A stretch of 63,342 nt of DNA, the filler included, from Basidiobolus ranarum (taxonomy: Eukaryota): assembly GCA_040143965.1 (NCBI GenBank). It is 48 parts of 48 records of this genome, joined end to end, with 100 filler letters (N's around TTAATTAATTAA, not from the genome) between each part and the next. Parts side by side here need not be neighbours in the genome. Positions count along the whole stretch, not along the records: positions 1 to 1,229 come from JASJQH010012793.1; positions 1,330 to 2,557 come from JASJQH010012794.1; positions 2,658 to 3,885 come from JASJQH010012795.1; positions 3,986 to 5,213 come from JASJQH010012796.1; positions 5,314 to 6,540 come from JASJQH010012797.1; positions 6,641 to 7,867 come from JASJQH010012798.1; positions 7,968 to 9,194 come from JASJQH010012799.1; positions 9,295 to 10,521 come from JASJQH010012800.1; 40 more parts are not named here. The stretch is one strand, 5' to 3'. Positions 1 through 13,272 of this stretch are shown here, one piece after another. Numbering within the stretch: the first letter of the stretch is position 1; the number at the start of each line of letters is the position of its first letter. The notes below the pieces were generated by a model that had not been told where the DNA came from, searched no databases, and was given only the letters and a program-made list of their open reading frames with translations. Made by a program: the position numbers and the translations under genes.

Positions 1-920
1 TAGATATACTAAAGATGCTTAAAAGGCAAGAAATGTAATCCAGTATATACCCCAATGGAGACATATCTTAACTTTACCAAAAATGGTTCAAAGCAGACAT
101 TTTTGGATTCAAATGAAAGCCAGAAAATTTGTTATCAATCTATGGCTGGTAGTTTGATGCATATTATGATTGGAACATGGTCACATATAGCATATTTTGT
201 GGGAGCTATGTGCCAATATCTTCAAAATTATTGATCTGATCAAATCATATCAGTTAAGTGGATTTTCAGATATTAGAAAGGTACTGTGGACTATGCATAA
301 AATACACATATTCTGGATCAAACTTTGGTCTGATGGGATATTCAGATACAAATTGGGGAAGAGATATTGAAGACAGGTGATCTACAACAGGATATTTATT
401 TCCTTGCTGTAATGGAGCTATTTCTTGGAATTCAAAGAAACAACCTACCGTAGCACTTTCAACAACAGAAGCTGAACATATGGCTGCCTGTGAAGCAACA
501 AAAGAAGCATTATGGTTAAGAAAACTGTTAACAGATTTGAATTATTCTCAAAATTCATCAACAACAATATTTCAAGGTAATCTAAGTTGTAACAAATTAG
601 CTAAAAATCCCACATTTCATAATAGAAGTAAATATATAGATATTAAGCATGACTTCATTAAAGAGACTATAGAGAATAAGTTTTTTGACTTAACTTATTG
701 TTCTACAGAAGATATGATTGCTGATATATTAGCCAAACTATTAACTAGACATAAATTAGAGAAATTCAGACCTTTATTAGGATTAGTTATATAAGTATTT
801 AGTTGTGGGAGAGTATTGAAATTAGCTTTGCCTAAACACCTATATAGTTATATATATCTTAATACTGAGTTATGTTATAATTCACTAAGATATTATCTAC
901 TATTCTAAATTGGATTTTAG
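1..920 (+). mobile_element. Ty1/Copia family A: degenerate RT end and RNase H, PPT, start of 3' LTR (LTR-A)
   Basis: [19 protein letters not shown] and SKYIDIKHDF...DMIADIL motifs ending at 794; purine tract GTGGGAGAG then TATTGAAATTAGC at 814, matching LTR-A at 14774. Confidence 0.93.
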
Positions 921-1229
921 ACTTGTTTCATTTTATTGAGCCCAGATCAGGCCAGCTAAAAAGTGTGCCAGCACAAATTGGCATGATTGGGCACTATCTG
1001 GCACAATGTTATTTACTGTTTTGGAAACAGTTTATTTTACTTATGTGGAATGTTCAAGAAAAGTACTTTTAGACATTATTGCACATTCAAAAGATGATGA
1101 AAGCTTCTCATATCTTACAAATGGTGCATGCCTCGCAACCCAAAGCCTTTTGTCATGGTGTCTCCCTGGATGTGGCCCACTAAACCAAATGATGTTTCCT
1201 TCTAAATCTGTCAAAGCCTGGAACTTTAC
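921..1229 (-). mobile_element. PIF/Harbinger-like (DDE_Tnp_4-type) transposon fragment
   Basis: Minus strand from 1229 reads VKFQALTDLEGNIIWFSGPHPGRHHDKRLW (Q..D..G.I....PG..HD motif); 921-1107 recurs inverted at about 33195-33385. Confidence 0.7.
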
Positions 1230-1329
1230 NNNNNNNNNNNNNNNNNNNNNNNNNNNNNNNNNNNNNNNNNNNNTTAATTAATTAANNNNNNNNNNNNNNN
1301 NNNNNNNNNNNNNNNNNNNNNNNNNNNNN
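1230..1329. other. Artificial contig linker N44-TTAATTAATTAA-N44 (first of 47, recurring about every 1.32 kb)
   Basis: Identical 100-bp spacer whose 12-mer gives stops in all six frames; flanking contig lengths decrease steadily. Confidence 0.99.
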
Positions 1330-1550
1330 TTTTTTGCCAGTATATCTGACTCTGGAATTGCAGATCTTTGTAATGGTGTGAATAATTTGGTAAGTGGGAC
1401 AGTAGAACCTAAACTCACTGGCTCCTTTGCTTTTCCCTTGTGTTTACTAACTTCCTGCTCCTTTGGTACTTCTTTAGCTGCTTTTCTTTCTTTTCCAAGT
1501 TGATCATTGCATACATTTTTGAGATGTTTCATGAATAGGCTGATACTAGC
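1330..1550 (-). mobile_element. CMC transposon ORF2 fragment, target of a nested copy
   Basis: KERKAAKEVPKEQEVSK...ESDILAK, matching 2390-2557 and 56040-56260; interrupted by a terminus at 1551. Confidence 0.85.
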
Positions 1551-2557
1551 CCCTAGTAGAAATTTGAGGATTGTTATTGTAGGAAAACTGTCACAATTTT
1601 GATCCATTTGGGAGTTACCATTTCCTTACTATCATAAAATCAACAACTTAGATTTGATTTTAATCAATTTTTTCAGTTTCAGGAGTGAAACTTCAAGATC
1701 TTGCAAAATAGTTGCACATGATTGGCTACAATCTTGGAGAACTATGGATCAATGCATGTAAAAAAATGTAACTCCAATTGTACACATTTACCTCTTGAAT
1801 GCAAATTTGTCACCTTCACAATTCCTAGTCTCTTTGATATATTCTGCTGAAGATTTTTATAGAGTTCTTCATACCCAAGGTTTAGCTCATATCCAACATG
1901 AGTTTGTATCAATATCTCCATCAAAGCCCACCATTGTATTAACATTGCTGAATCAACATACTTCCAGCTAACTAGCATATACCCTGTGATATTGTGCCAC
2001 TCTGTATTAAGCACTTCAGAGATATCCACATGGTCAACAACAGACTGAATGTCAAGTTGAATGTTCTTCTTCTGAAGTCACTTTATGCATACTTGCACTG
2101 TTTTTTTCCCTTCATACTTTTGAAAATACTCCTCAAGCACTTTTACTATTCTCATACATCCTTGTAGTGTGACATTACTGTGGGTGCTGTGCAGTGTTTG
2201 TGCCGCTTTTTGTTTACCTTTAACTTTGGGGCTAATTTCAATACTTTGGAAAGTACCAGTTGAGGTTGGAGGGCCATGAGTTTTATTTGCTGGTGTTGTG
2301 GCTTGCTGAGATGTGCCAGCTGTTGGATAAACTTCCAAATTTAGCACTCTTCCAGCTGGTTTACCTGGTTCCAAGGTAAAACTAAGCTTTTTTGCCAGTA
2401 TATCTGACTCTGGAAATGCAGATCTTGGTAATGGTGTGAAGAATTTGGTAAGTGGGACAGTAGAGGCTAAACTCACTGGCTTCTTTGCTTTTCCCTTGGG
2501 CTTACTAACTTCCTGCTCCTTCAGTACTTCTTTAGCTGCTTTTCTTTCTTTTCCAAG
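1551..2557 (-). mobile_element. CMC transposon ORF2-side end plus degenerate ORF2
   Basis: CCCTAGTAGAAATTTGAGG terminus at 1551; ORF pieces 1742-2029 and 2078-2476 match other copies. Confidence 0.88.
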
Positions 2558-2657
2558 NNNNNNNNNNNNNNNNNNNNNNNNNNNNNNNNNNNNNNNNNNN
2601 NTTAATTAATTAANNNNNNNNNNNNNNNNNNNNNNNNNNNNNNNNNNNNNNNNNNNN

Positions 2658-3036
2658 GGCTTTGATGGAGATATTGATACAAACCCATGTTGGGTATGAG
2701 CTAAACCTTGGGTATGAAGAACTCTATAAAAATATTCAGGAGAATATATCAAAGAGACTAGGGATTTTGAAGGTGACAAATTAGCGTTCAAGTGGTAATT
2801 GTGTAAAATTTGAGTTACGTTTTTTGCACATGTGTTGATCCATAGTTCTCTGAGATTTTAGCCAATCATTTGCAACTATTTTGCAAGATCTTGAAATTTC
2901 ACTCCTGAAACTGAAAAAATTGATTAAAATCAAATCTAACTTGACAATTTTATGACTGTAAGTAAACGGTCAACCCCAAATGGATTAAAATTGTGATGGT
3001 TTTCCTACAATAACAATCCTCAAATTTCTGTTAGGG
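2658..3036 (+). mobile_element. CMC transposon ORF2 3' part and terminus
   Basis: Ends CCTCAAATTTCTGTTAGGG at 3036. Confidence 0.9.
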
Positions 3037-3753
3037 TATATGACCAGAATGATGTAGGTAGTAATGCAACTTTGGTGCAACCAGTAAGTCCAGGCATCTT
3101 TGAGGACTTGCTGCTAGATGTTGACCTTGGTTATTTCAGTACTGATGGTAGTATATCAGAAGTTGAAGAAGAAGACAATGGTTTTGTTACAGACTCTTTG
3201 TTATTGGCAAACATTAGTCCACTCCTAACACTTACTGTAAAGGAAGCAGCTTTCATTATTCAGGAGTGGAAAGTTTAATCAAATCTCAGAAACCAGGTGT
3301 TTATTGGTTCTCTTACACTTTTTCAACAATTTATTGGCAACAGTTGCCTACCACAGACCTGGCACAAGTGGAAAACACTTGTCAATTGTATGACTTATAA
3401 TCCTTCAGTAATCAAATTGCCTTCATGTCCAAATGGTTGTTTGGCTTTCACCAATGATCCGAAAAACCAGAAGTCATGTACTGTTTGAACACAATTGGCA
3501 ATCACTGAATCAGGTAAATATTGTTTATATTTGGTTTATGTACCATTGATTCTCCATCTTGAAGTTTTGATGAAATCATCCAATACAGATCATTGATCCA
3601 ATACCAAAGTACTTGCAATAAAGGTGATGGTATTGTCAATATACTTGATTCATATCACTACCAGTATCTCAAAAGTCAAGGTTTCTTTGAGAACATGTAT
3701 GGTCATGCATTTGCATTGGCTCTGGATGGTTTCTCACTAAACAAATATACCAT
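3037..3753 (+). pseudogene. CMC/EnSpm tnp2-type transposase, N-terminal part, degenerate
   Basis: CPNGCLAF...KSCTV and ALALDGFS motifs with stops; interrupted at 3754 by a TGTAGTGG-starting insertion. Confidence 0.88.
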
Positions 3754-3985
3754 TGTAGTGGGGCAGCATAGCTACCCACTGGCAGGTTGACTTATTTCCA
3801 CTACAAGCTCATATCATTACTATTCCACAATTTCTATTTTATCATCCTTATTTGAATTACCCATATTTTCTGGCCAATCATATCANNNNNNNNNNNNNNN
3901 NNNNNNNNNNNNNNNNNNNNNNNNNNNNNTTAATTAATTAANNNNNNNNNNNNNNNNNNNNNNNNNNNNNNNNNNNNNNNNNNNN

Positions 3986-4587
3986 TCACACCACACGGAT
4001 GTATTGACTAGTCAAACGAGCATTTTCAAAAGTATAAAGAGAAAAATGCAGTGCAACTATGCAGAAAGTGGCTTCAGAAGAAGAACATTCAACTTGACAT
4101 TCAGTCTGTTGTTGACCATGCAGATATCCAGGAAGAACTTGATACAGAGTGGCACAATATTGAAGGGTATCTGCCAGATAGCCAGAAAAATGTTGTTAAT
4201 ACAATTGTGGGCTTTGATGAAGATATAGATAAAATTTGTGCTAGATATGAGCTAAACCTTGGGTATGAAGAGCTCCATAAGAATATTCAGGAGAAAATAC
4301 GAAAGAAACTAGGAATTTTGAAGCTGACAAATTAGCATTCAAGTGGTAAATGTGTAAAATTTGAGTTACACTTTTTGCACATGCATTGATCCATAGTTTG
4401 CTGAGATTGTAGCCAATCATGTGCAACTATTTTGCAAGATCTTGAAATTTCACTCCTGAAACAGCAAAAATTGATTAAAATCAAATCTAACTTGACTATT
4501 TTGCAATGGTAAGTAAATGGTCAATCCCAAATGGATTAAAATTGTGATGGTTTTTCTACAATAACAATCCTCAAATTTGTGTTGGGG
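3986..4587 (+). mobile_element. CMC transposon ORF2 3' part and terminus
   Basis: ORF 4051-4335 (CRKWLQKKNIQLDIQ); ends CCTCAAATTTGTGTTGGGG at 4587. Confidence 0.88.
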
Positions 4588-4945
4588 AATATCATTTTAT
4601 GTATTGGTGCAACTCCTGCCATCAGTAAACTTGAAGGTTTTCATGGCCACAATGCACTATCTTGCTGTGGATTTTGTCAAATCAATGGAGTCTACTCAAT
4701 CAGGCACATGTAAGAATACTAGCAATTTACAAAACTAGAGTCCATGATTTTACCATCAATAGCCTGGTTGGATTTCAACATCAACACTCTTATCAATTCA
4801 CCAAACAGTCAGTCTAATAACAAACTTGGTATTAGCAGTAAGCCTTAAATTATATTCCTAAGGCAATCAGCTGGAGCCAGAGCTTCTCAGTAGGCACTAT
4901 GTAGCTACTATTCAACAACATTGCAATACTACTTATTCAGCTATA
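4588..4945 (+). pseudogene. CMC transposase middle fragment between two element termini
   Basis: TPAISKLEGFHGHNALSCC.FC motif; matches 13273-13610. Confidence 0.85.
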
Positions 4946-5213
4946 CCCTAACAAAAATAAAATTGATTTGATCCGGATTGGATCCACCCTCTGAAATAGC
5001 AAAACCGTCAGAGAACCGTCACAATATTGTTGGCTTGCATTCTGCCAGGGATTTTGATGGTGTGACAGTGGTTTCTTGACGGTATCTTGGCGGTATTCAT
5101 ATATGTTAAAATATTGATCCTCAAATTTGGCATGCGTTATTCAATATCCAGCAATTTTTGCAAAAATATAATATTCGAATGGCAAATTACTGGGTTTACT
5201 GCTGTAGGAATTC
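4946..5213. mobile_element. CMC transposon transposase-side end
   Basis: CCCTAACAAAAATAAAATTGATTTGATCCGG terminus with ACCGTCA subterminal motifs. Confidence 0.9.
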
Positions 5214-5313
5214 NNNNNNNNNNNNNNNNNNNNNNNNNNNNNNNNNNNNNNNNNNNNTTAATTAATTAANNNNNNNNNNNNNNNNNNNNNNNNNNNNNNN
5301 NNNNNNNNNNNNN

Positions 5314-6540
5314 CCAGTTTTTTTGATTAGAGAAATATTGAGAGGCTCCAGAATCAATATACCACAACCTACAGTCTTGCTCAGAGGTCACTGATAGGGC
5401 AGAAATGAATAAAACTTCCTCTTTGGATGAAACCTAATTTGCTTGTTCTGACTTCTCATTTTTGTTGCAATTTCTTGATTTGCAATCTTTTAACTGGTGT
5501 CCGGGTTTGTTACAACCATAGCATAAACCTGGTTTCCTTCTTCTGTAACCTTTGTACTTGTCAAAGCTACAATTTCCAGCTCCAAAAAAAGCCACTTCCT
5601 CAGATTTGTATTCCAAATTCTTACTTTTGAGGTGTTGCTCTATTAGTCTTGCCATCACAAACTCCACAGATAACTTATCCAATGTTGCTTCCAAAGCTGT
5701 GACAAAGGTTGCATACTGTTCTGGCAGACTACTTAGAAGAGTCATAATGACATCATCTTCCTGTAAAGTTGCACCAATATTTTCCAGTTGTTTTGTCAAA
5801 GATCTCACATTTGCAACATGAGTAACCGTGCTTTCAGACTTTTCCATATTTATATTCAAAAATCATTGTCTGAGAAAAAGTCTATTAGCATGACTCTTTG
5901 CTTCATAACACTCTTCCAATATAGTCCAAGCTTGATGGGCAGTCTTTGCATATTGAATGTTCACAAGTTGTGAATCATTCAAACTTTGACAAATGACATT
6001 AAAGACCTTATTGTCTCTTTTCTTGTAAGCTTCCATTAAAGAAAGGTCAGAAGGTTCCTTTTCAGCTACAGAGACTACATTCAACATCTCTCTCTCTTCC
6101 AACATGTTGGCTTCTTGAACTTCCAGAAATTGTAATATTCTCCATCAAGATTTTCAACATTTGAATTGACAAAAGTGGTAGTAGTGGCTTCTATCATGCT
6201 GTAAAGGATAGAAGATTGAGCTCATAATCTATTGGGAAAATATGGGCTGTTTGGAGGAACTTTAGAAAAGTGGATTTGTGAACAGCTTTTGTGAGATAAT
6301 TATTTATTATCCAGAAATGAGGCATTCATACATTTTGGTAGAAATACAGAAAACAAACATGGGGGTTGTGTTCAGAACATCTGTGGGAGTAAAATGTGCT
6401 ATTTTTTGGGCAATTTGGATGAGTTTGAAATTTTCAATATGGAATTGCCAATTCTCACATTATTCATATATATATGTATATAATACATGTACCAACTTGC
6501 AGTTAAGTGATATTTGCCAAAGTAATTCTAACTAACTTCT
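5314..6540 (-). mobile_element. Ty1/Copia family C 5' end: LTR-C (6230-6540), PBS (6217-6229), gag and protease start
   Basis: Gag motif LLSSLPEQY, zinc knuckle CYGCNKPGHQLKDC, protease WYIDSGAS; PBS GATTATGAGCTCA directly after the LTR. Confidence 0.92.
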
Positions 6541-7967
6541 NNNNNNNNNNNNNNNNNNNNNNNNNNNNNNNNNNNNNNNNNNNNTTAATTAATTAANNNN
6601 NNNNNNNNNNNNNNNNNNNNNNNNNNNNNNNNNNNNNNNNGCACTTTATTATAGATGAGTGTCTGAGATGGGAGTTTAAGAACATACCAAAAGGAATAGA
6701 AGAATACAGCTTTACTAGTTATGATCTGACCACAATGGAATGATGTAAAAACTAGACTTATCCTCTAGCAATTTTATGAATTGTGCTCACTAAATGTTTA
6801 CCAGTATGCTAGTGGTCATAACTAACTCACATTTTTGAGTGAAGCAAGCTCACCATGTTTTTGCACCAAAATTATACAATATTTGTATATTACTAAATGT
6901 TATGTTATACAAGATCAAACCTTTTTTCATTATAGGCTTGGCCTTTGTCATTCTATTTGATAGATGTTATACTTGCAAGTACTAAACAAGTCTCAGAATA
7001 AATTAATAATCAATACTATCCCAAATCATCAAATGTTTGATATATCCAACTATTCCACAAGTAAATATTTGCTTAAGAAGTTTTGTAACATATTAAATAC
7101 TAATGCACAGAATGTTATTAGCAAAAGTATGCTCACAGTCTTACTCTGGTTCTGATAAAAAAGAAAAATGTTACCTCAAAATAGGCTCTATTCAGTTTTC
7201 CAACAAATTTGATTACTACTTGAAAGCCAAGTTGATATGGCCAAAGATTCAATGTAGAGGATTTGGATATTGTATACATGGTAATGATATATTTAACAAA
7301 TAACTTGGAACCCCTGTGCAATAACATGCTTGAAAAGTAGCAAATCTGTACTTGTAGTTACTTTTGATAGAATGGAATATGGGAAGTATTTCTCTGCTAA
7401 AGCCCATTGACTCATTTATCTTAGAATTTATCATATATCTGAAAAATATGATATATCTGTGAACCTCCATGTTGGTAAAAAAGCATGAAATAACTGAATA
7501 CTAAGCTATATATGACTATATAGAAGTTTAGGTAATGGTAATTTCACATATTTATATTGGCTTATATTGTCAGTCAATATCAAGTAAGAATGCATTTATT
7601 TCCTTATTAAAAATTCAGAATCAAGTATATATTTACAACTTATTCCTTTACCATTTTTTATGAGTTTGGAAAATTTCTATTACTAGTAAAAACTATCATC
7701 TACTTAAATCAAGTAATTCCTGTATTTAGTTTCAACTGCACACAATTTAGCTTCTGGCAATATTCTTAGAAATATAGGAATTTTCTACAACATTCAAAAG
7801 CTCATTATTTATGATACCTATGTAAATGTTTTCTTTCTGTCATCTAAGACAAATAGCCATTTACAGTNNNNNNNNNNNNNNNNNNNNNNNNNNNNNNNNN
7901 NNNNNNNNNNNTTAATTAATTAANNNNNNNNNNNNNNNNNNNNNNNNNNNNNNNNNNNNNNNNNNNN

Positions 7968-9060
7968 ATAAACATCTTAAATTTGAATATTGCTTATGCT
8001 TGGTAAATAGCTGACACTTGTTACTGTTCAAACAAGAATAAGTTCTTGAATTTTGGCAAATATCAGTGAAGAATTCAGCAAAAGATATCCCTGACTTGCA
8101 GTCAACAAATGTCCAGCCAGAACTAGATGTGTCATTTCTGAACAGATTATTCCATGGCTAAAACAACAATACTTCATATAATGACCTCTCTCACCAAGAA
8201 ATATGTCCAGCAGCTTTGCTAGAAATACCATCAGAATATCACATAAACAAATACGGCGGAATTATGGAAGTACCTACTCTGTGTCCATTAAGTGGGTTTA
8301 TGGTTAGCGTTAGGCTTGCTGGATTCAAGTGGAATTTTGAAAAGATTTCTGCCTGATAAGTATTTGCAGCATTGGGAGTTGTTTGTGGATGTTGTTAATA
8401 TAATCTTATGGCATCAACTCACATTGGCAGATCTCAGGCAGATACAGCAACTTTGCAAAGATCTTCTACTTGGATATGAAAAACTTTATTGTGGGTTTGA
8501 AGAAGATGAACTGAATCCATGCAGGTATTCAATACATTTGCTGCTGCATCTTTCACAATGCTGAGGGAATTTAGGCCATTGCTATACACTCTGGGAGTTC
8601 CCAATAGAGCACACCTGGGGTGAAATGATGCTCCATGTGAAGTTGTCAGTATAACCATACACTAATCTGATTAACAATATATCAGCAAAATGAGTGCTGG
8701 ATGTTGTACAGTGGGTTATGGAGACTGCAGAGTATATTATTCTTCCAACAAAGGGCTCTTTTCAATGTACTCATGGGTTTTCACATTGTTTGAGCACAAT
8801 AACAGCAACAAAACTTCATCCATGGGCACAGAGTAAGTATGGCCAAGATTTGGACTATTGTGTTTGGGTGATAATATGATGGTATTTCTAGCAAAGCTTC
8901 AAGACAGATTTCTTGGTGAGATAGAGCAAGATATGCAGTATTATTGTTTTAGCCATGGGATAATCTGTTCAAACAATGACTTATCTACTTGTGGCAGGAC
9001 ATTTGTTGACTGCAAGTAGGTGTTATTTTGGCTGAATTATTAATGTAAATTTGCCAAAAT
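7968..9060. mobile_element. Two CMC transposase C-terminal fragments in opposite orientation (about 7968-8290 minus, 8316-9060 plus)
   Basis: KRFLPDKYLQHWELFVDVV...SIHLLLHL; the left part is the reverse complement of the same C-terminal region. Confidence 0.8.
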
Positions 9061-9294
9061 GCATGTTCAGCAGATGCATCAACCTAGAATATCTCACATA
9101 AGGCCCATCACAATAAGGAACTGGACAAGGACTGGAAACAACAACAAGAGGCTAGAAGGCAGGAGAGTACTTGGGTGTAGACTGTTGAAGTTTANNNNNN
9201 NNNNNNNNNNNNNNNNNNNNNNNNNNNNNNNNNNNNNNTTAATTAATTAANNNNNNNNNNNNNNNNNNNNNNNNNNNNNNNNNNNNNNNNNNNN

Positions 9295-10521
9295 TTTCTA
9301 AGAAGACAATTCTTTAACTTAAAGATGAAGCCAGGAGAAGACATTAAATCACACATAATAGAGTCACTATTTTAGTGGACAAAGTGGAATGCATTGGAGT
9401 ACCTACCACTGATCAAGATATCATAGTTACAGTCCTGAATAGCCTGCCACACAAGTTTCAGAGCCAAGTAATGGCTCTAGAATTAAGAACTGAAATTTTG
9501 ACCTTAAATTATGTGTTTGGCAGACTTCTGGATGAAGATTTACGCAAATCAGAACTCAACCATAAGAATGAAGAAAATGCTATAATAGGCTATGGGAAAC
9601 CTTCCTATAAAGGTCAAAAGCACATTAAGAAGAAAAGTGACACATTCTGTGATTACCGTAAAAGAACTGGCCATTTAAGCCACGAATGCTTCAAAAGAAT
9701 TGCACAAGAAAAACATACTGAATCTGGAAATGTGGTTACAACAGAAGATCACTTGTTCATATCTGCTCTATCTATGACTACCAACAAGGATTCTCAGACG
9801 TGGTATATTGATTCTGGAGCTTCCCAACATTTCACAAATGAAAAACATTGGTTGGTGGAATATGAAGAAATTCCAATTAGAAAGGTTTTCATGGGAGATG
9901 ACTGCACATTGGATGCTATTGGAATGGGAACAATTCAAGTCAATTTAACTGGAGCTTCTGAAGAGAAAGTGTATACTTTTACGGATGTACTACATGTTCC
10001 AGATATTGCCAAGAACATAATATCTGTATGCAAGGCCACCTCAGAAGGGCTAAAATTCAATTTTTGATAAGTTAGGATGCATCATCACTGAACAAAATGG
10101 GAATTATTTAGCTTTGGGAGAAAAGAATCAGAACTTATACAGACCTACATATAATCCAAGAGATTTATGTGTAAATATAAGTTATTCCAATCAAGAAACT
10201 ATTCAATTATGGCACAAGAGATTTGGCTGTATTGGATTTGATTAGTTGAGCAAAATGATCAAAAATTGCCTAATTTCTGGAATTCAAATTAACCCCCCAA
10301 CCAAAATGGAAATTTGTGAGGGTTGTATATTTGGAAAACAAGCCAGGCAACCGTTCAAGAGCTCTGGTTTAATCAAATCTGTCAAAAAATTAGATCTAAT
10401 TCATTCAGATTTGTGTGGACCTATGCAAAATTTATCCTTAGGTGGGAAAAGATATTTAATCACATTTATTTATGATTATACAAGATACACTTGGGTCTAC
10501 TTTATGGAAAGAAAAGAAGAA
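9295..10521 (+). mobile_element. Ty1/Copia gag-protease-integrase fragment (family A)
   Basis: VLNSLP, degenerate CCHC, WYIDSGASQH, CEGCIFGKQAR, IHSDLCGP. Confidence 0.95.
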
Positions 10522-10731
10522 NNNNNNNNNNNNNNNNNNNNNNNNNNNNNNNNNNNNNNNNNNNNTTAATTAATTAANNNNNNNNNNNNNNNNNNNNNNN
10601 NNNNNNNNNNNNNNNNNNNNNAATAATCCTTCAATTGCACCTTAAAATCAGATAGATATCTGAGTGAAGCACTCTGTTGAAAAACTATTTGCTGTAAACC
10701 CAATCTCATTGGTAATTTGACCCAAAAGTTG

Positions 10732-11544
10732 TCATGTGCTAAGATGTTGCACTTTATCAGGAGGATAAACCCATGTTTGATTGTCAATATTGTAAATAAA
10801 ACTAGTATTGGCATTGTTGGTATATTGAATTAAATGGTCAAACTCATTCACCAAACCTATAAATGTTGTGCCTAAGGCACAAATTTTGGAGTGGATATAG
10901 AGTTTCTCCCAAGTGTGTAATGTCAAGTTCAAACAATAAAATTCCGTAGGCATACTGTCTTCTGTAGGGTTCTGCTGAGACTGATATCCTCCAAGAAGAA
11001 ATTCTTGGTCATAAGCATGAGTGAGTGTTGCCCAACTACCTGCAGATGGCATATTTTGTGGATTTCCCAAAAATTCACTTGTCTAGATGGTAGCAACAGT
11101 GCATTGGCTGTGGTCATCTCAAAATTCCATCACCTGAATAACACTAGGATCTACATTTTCAAGAGTAGTGAGATAAAATCCACCAAATAGAAATAGCCAT
11201 GCATCATTGGCAGTACAACTGTTTCCACCAATTGGCAGTTGGATCACATTTATGGCAAAGATGGGGATTGCTTGTATTTGACAACCAATGTTACTATAGG
11301 TAGCAGATTACTGTATTTAGCAATTTGGTCTTCCTATACTCCAGTCAATTGTTAAATTCCTCTGCTGTAAATGCTCATGTGAGAAGCCACCAAACATGAT
11401 GATGCACTTCATTGAGGGTGGAACTGCCATGTATGAATAACCTCGTCCAGATATCTTGGCTAATGTTATCATAAGTGGTCCAATCTTTGTGTGTAACTCA
11501 TAATCATATACAGCTGACATCGAATAGCTAAGGGAAACTTTCAA
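10732..11544 (-). pseudogene. Possible degenerate kelch-repeat protein fragments
   Basis: LLGGY, FYCLNLTLHTWEK, IYNIDNQTW and IIMFGG pieces in broken frames; CpG-poor. Confidence 0.5.
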
Positions 11545-11947
11545 ACATGTAATCTCTTGTTAGTAGCACTCTATTTATTTAACCATCTATGATGGTACAG
11601 CAAAACCAAAACAAGCCTTATAAGATGAATATTGCACAATAAGCTTCATAATTTTTAAACTTGACTTTTACATGACCTCTTAAGCACAGTTGTTGTTGCA
11701 TCATCATCATTATCATCAACTTTTTCTTCTTCTTCAATTAAACTAGGTTCATTGGAATAATTATGTGTAATGGCTGGCTCATCTGAGTGTGGATCACTAC
11801 ATCCTGATATTGACATATCTACTTGGCCAATCTTTTGTCTGGCAGACNNNNNNNNNNNNNNNNNNNNNNNNNNNNNNNNNNNNNNNNNNNNTTAATTAAT
11901 TAANNNNNNNNNNNNNNNNNNNNNNNNNNNNNNNNNNNNNNNNNNNN

Positions 11948-12689
11948 CAATGGTTGATGAGTGCCATGCTTTGATTGATACTCAAATTTGGATTTTAACC
12001 AACTTACCTGATGATAGAAAATCAATTGGCTGCCAATGGGTGTTCAAAGTTAAATACAACTCTGATGGCAATATAGAAAGGTACAGTACTAGACTAGTAG
12101 CCAAAGGCTATTCCCAAACAGCAGGAATTGATTATACAGAAACTTTTGCTCCTGTCACAGAGTTTAACTCAATTAGATTGATTTTAGCAATTTCAGCTAA
12201 ATATCAGTTTGTCATACATCAAATGGATGTTAAAGCTGTTTTTTTGAATGGTTAGCCTGCTAAGAAGATCTATATGAAGCAGTCAGAGAGATTTGTGAAA
12301 CAGAAAACCCTAAAAAAGCTTGCAGACTCTAGAAAACACTCTATGACTTAGAACAATCTCCAAGAGCATGGAATAACAATATATATGCTTTTTGGAAACA
12401 CTCAAATTCCAAACGAGTTATGCTGACTGTGGTATCCAATTCATGCCAGACAGGACAAACCCAGTTTTAATAGCCTTATATGTAAATGACCTTCTGAAAG
12501 CAACCAATGACTAGAAGACTTTGGAGAAAACCAAATTCAGCTTATCTGCCAAATTTAAAATGACCGATCTTGTGAACTGTTGTAGTATCTTGGAATCCAA
12601 ATTAAGATAGATAGAACTACCAGAACAATAGCTTTAATCCAGTCTAAGTATATCCTAGATATACTAAAGAAGTTTAAAATGGAAGAATG
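11948..12689 (+). mobile_element. Ty1/Copia reverse transcriptase, degenerate
   Basis: [34 protein letters not shown]. Confidence 0.95.
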
Positions 12690-13172
12690 TATTGGGAAAA
12701 TATGGGCTGTTTAGAGGAACTTTAGAAAAGTGGAGTTGTGAATAGCTTTCTGAGATACTTATTTGTTGTCCAGATATAAAGCATTTATACATTTTGGTAA
12801 AAATACAGAAAACTAACACTGGGGTTGTGTTCAGAACATCTGTGGGAGTAAAATGAGCTATCTTTGGGGCATTTTGGATGAGTTTGAAGTTTCCAATATG
12901 GATTTACTAATTCTCACATTCTTCACATATATATAATGAATGTTCCAATTTTCAGTTCAGTGATATTTGACTAAGTAATGTTAACTAACTTATATGTGAT
13001 ATATGAAATAGTTGGGTGTATAAAGATAGAGATAACAAGTATGATACAGACAATAAACTTTAAATCTCCTATTCAACTAAATATTCATGTATCTTAATCC
13101 TAACTTAAATCTTAATTCTTCAAATTTTGGTTTGGGTAATGGTTTGGTAAGGATGTCAGCAATCATGTCCTC
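12690..13172 (-). mobile_element. Copia family C 3' end (RNase H tail and LTR-C) inserted into Copia-A RT
   Basis: DMIADILTKPLPKPKFEELR followed by LTR-C, matching 6230-6540. Confidence 0.85.
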
Positions 13173-13272
13173 NNNNNNNNNNNNNNNNNNNNNNNNNNNN
13201 NNNNNNNNNNNNNNNNTTAATTAATTAANNNNNNNNNNNNNNNNNNNNNNNNNNNNNNNNNNNNNNNNNNNN

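Noticed and set aside
6641-7867. AT-rich contig with short ORFs, possibly viral or organellar
   Set aside because: No recognisable motif or repeat match in the window; I cannot support any call.
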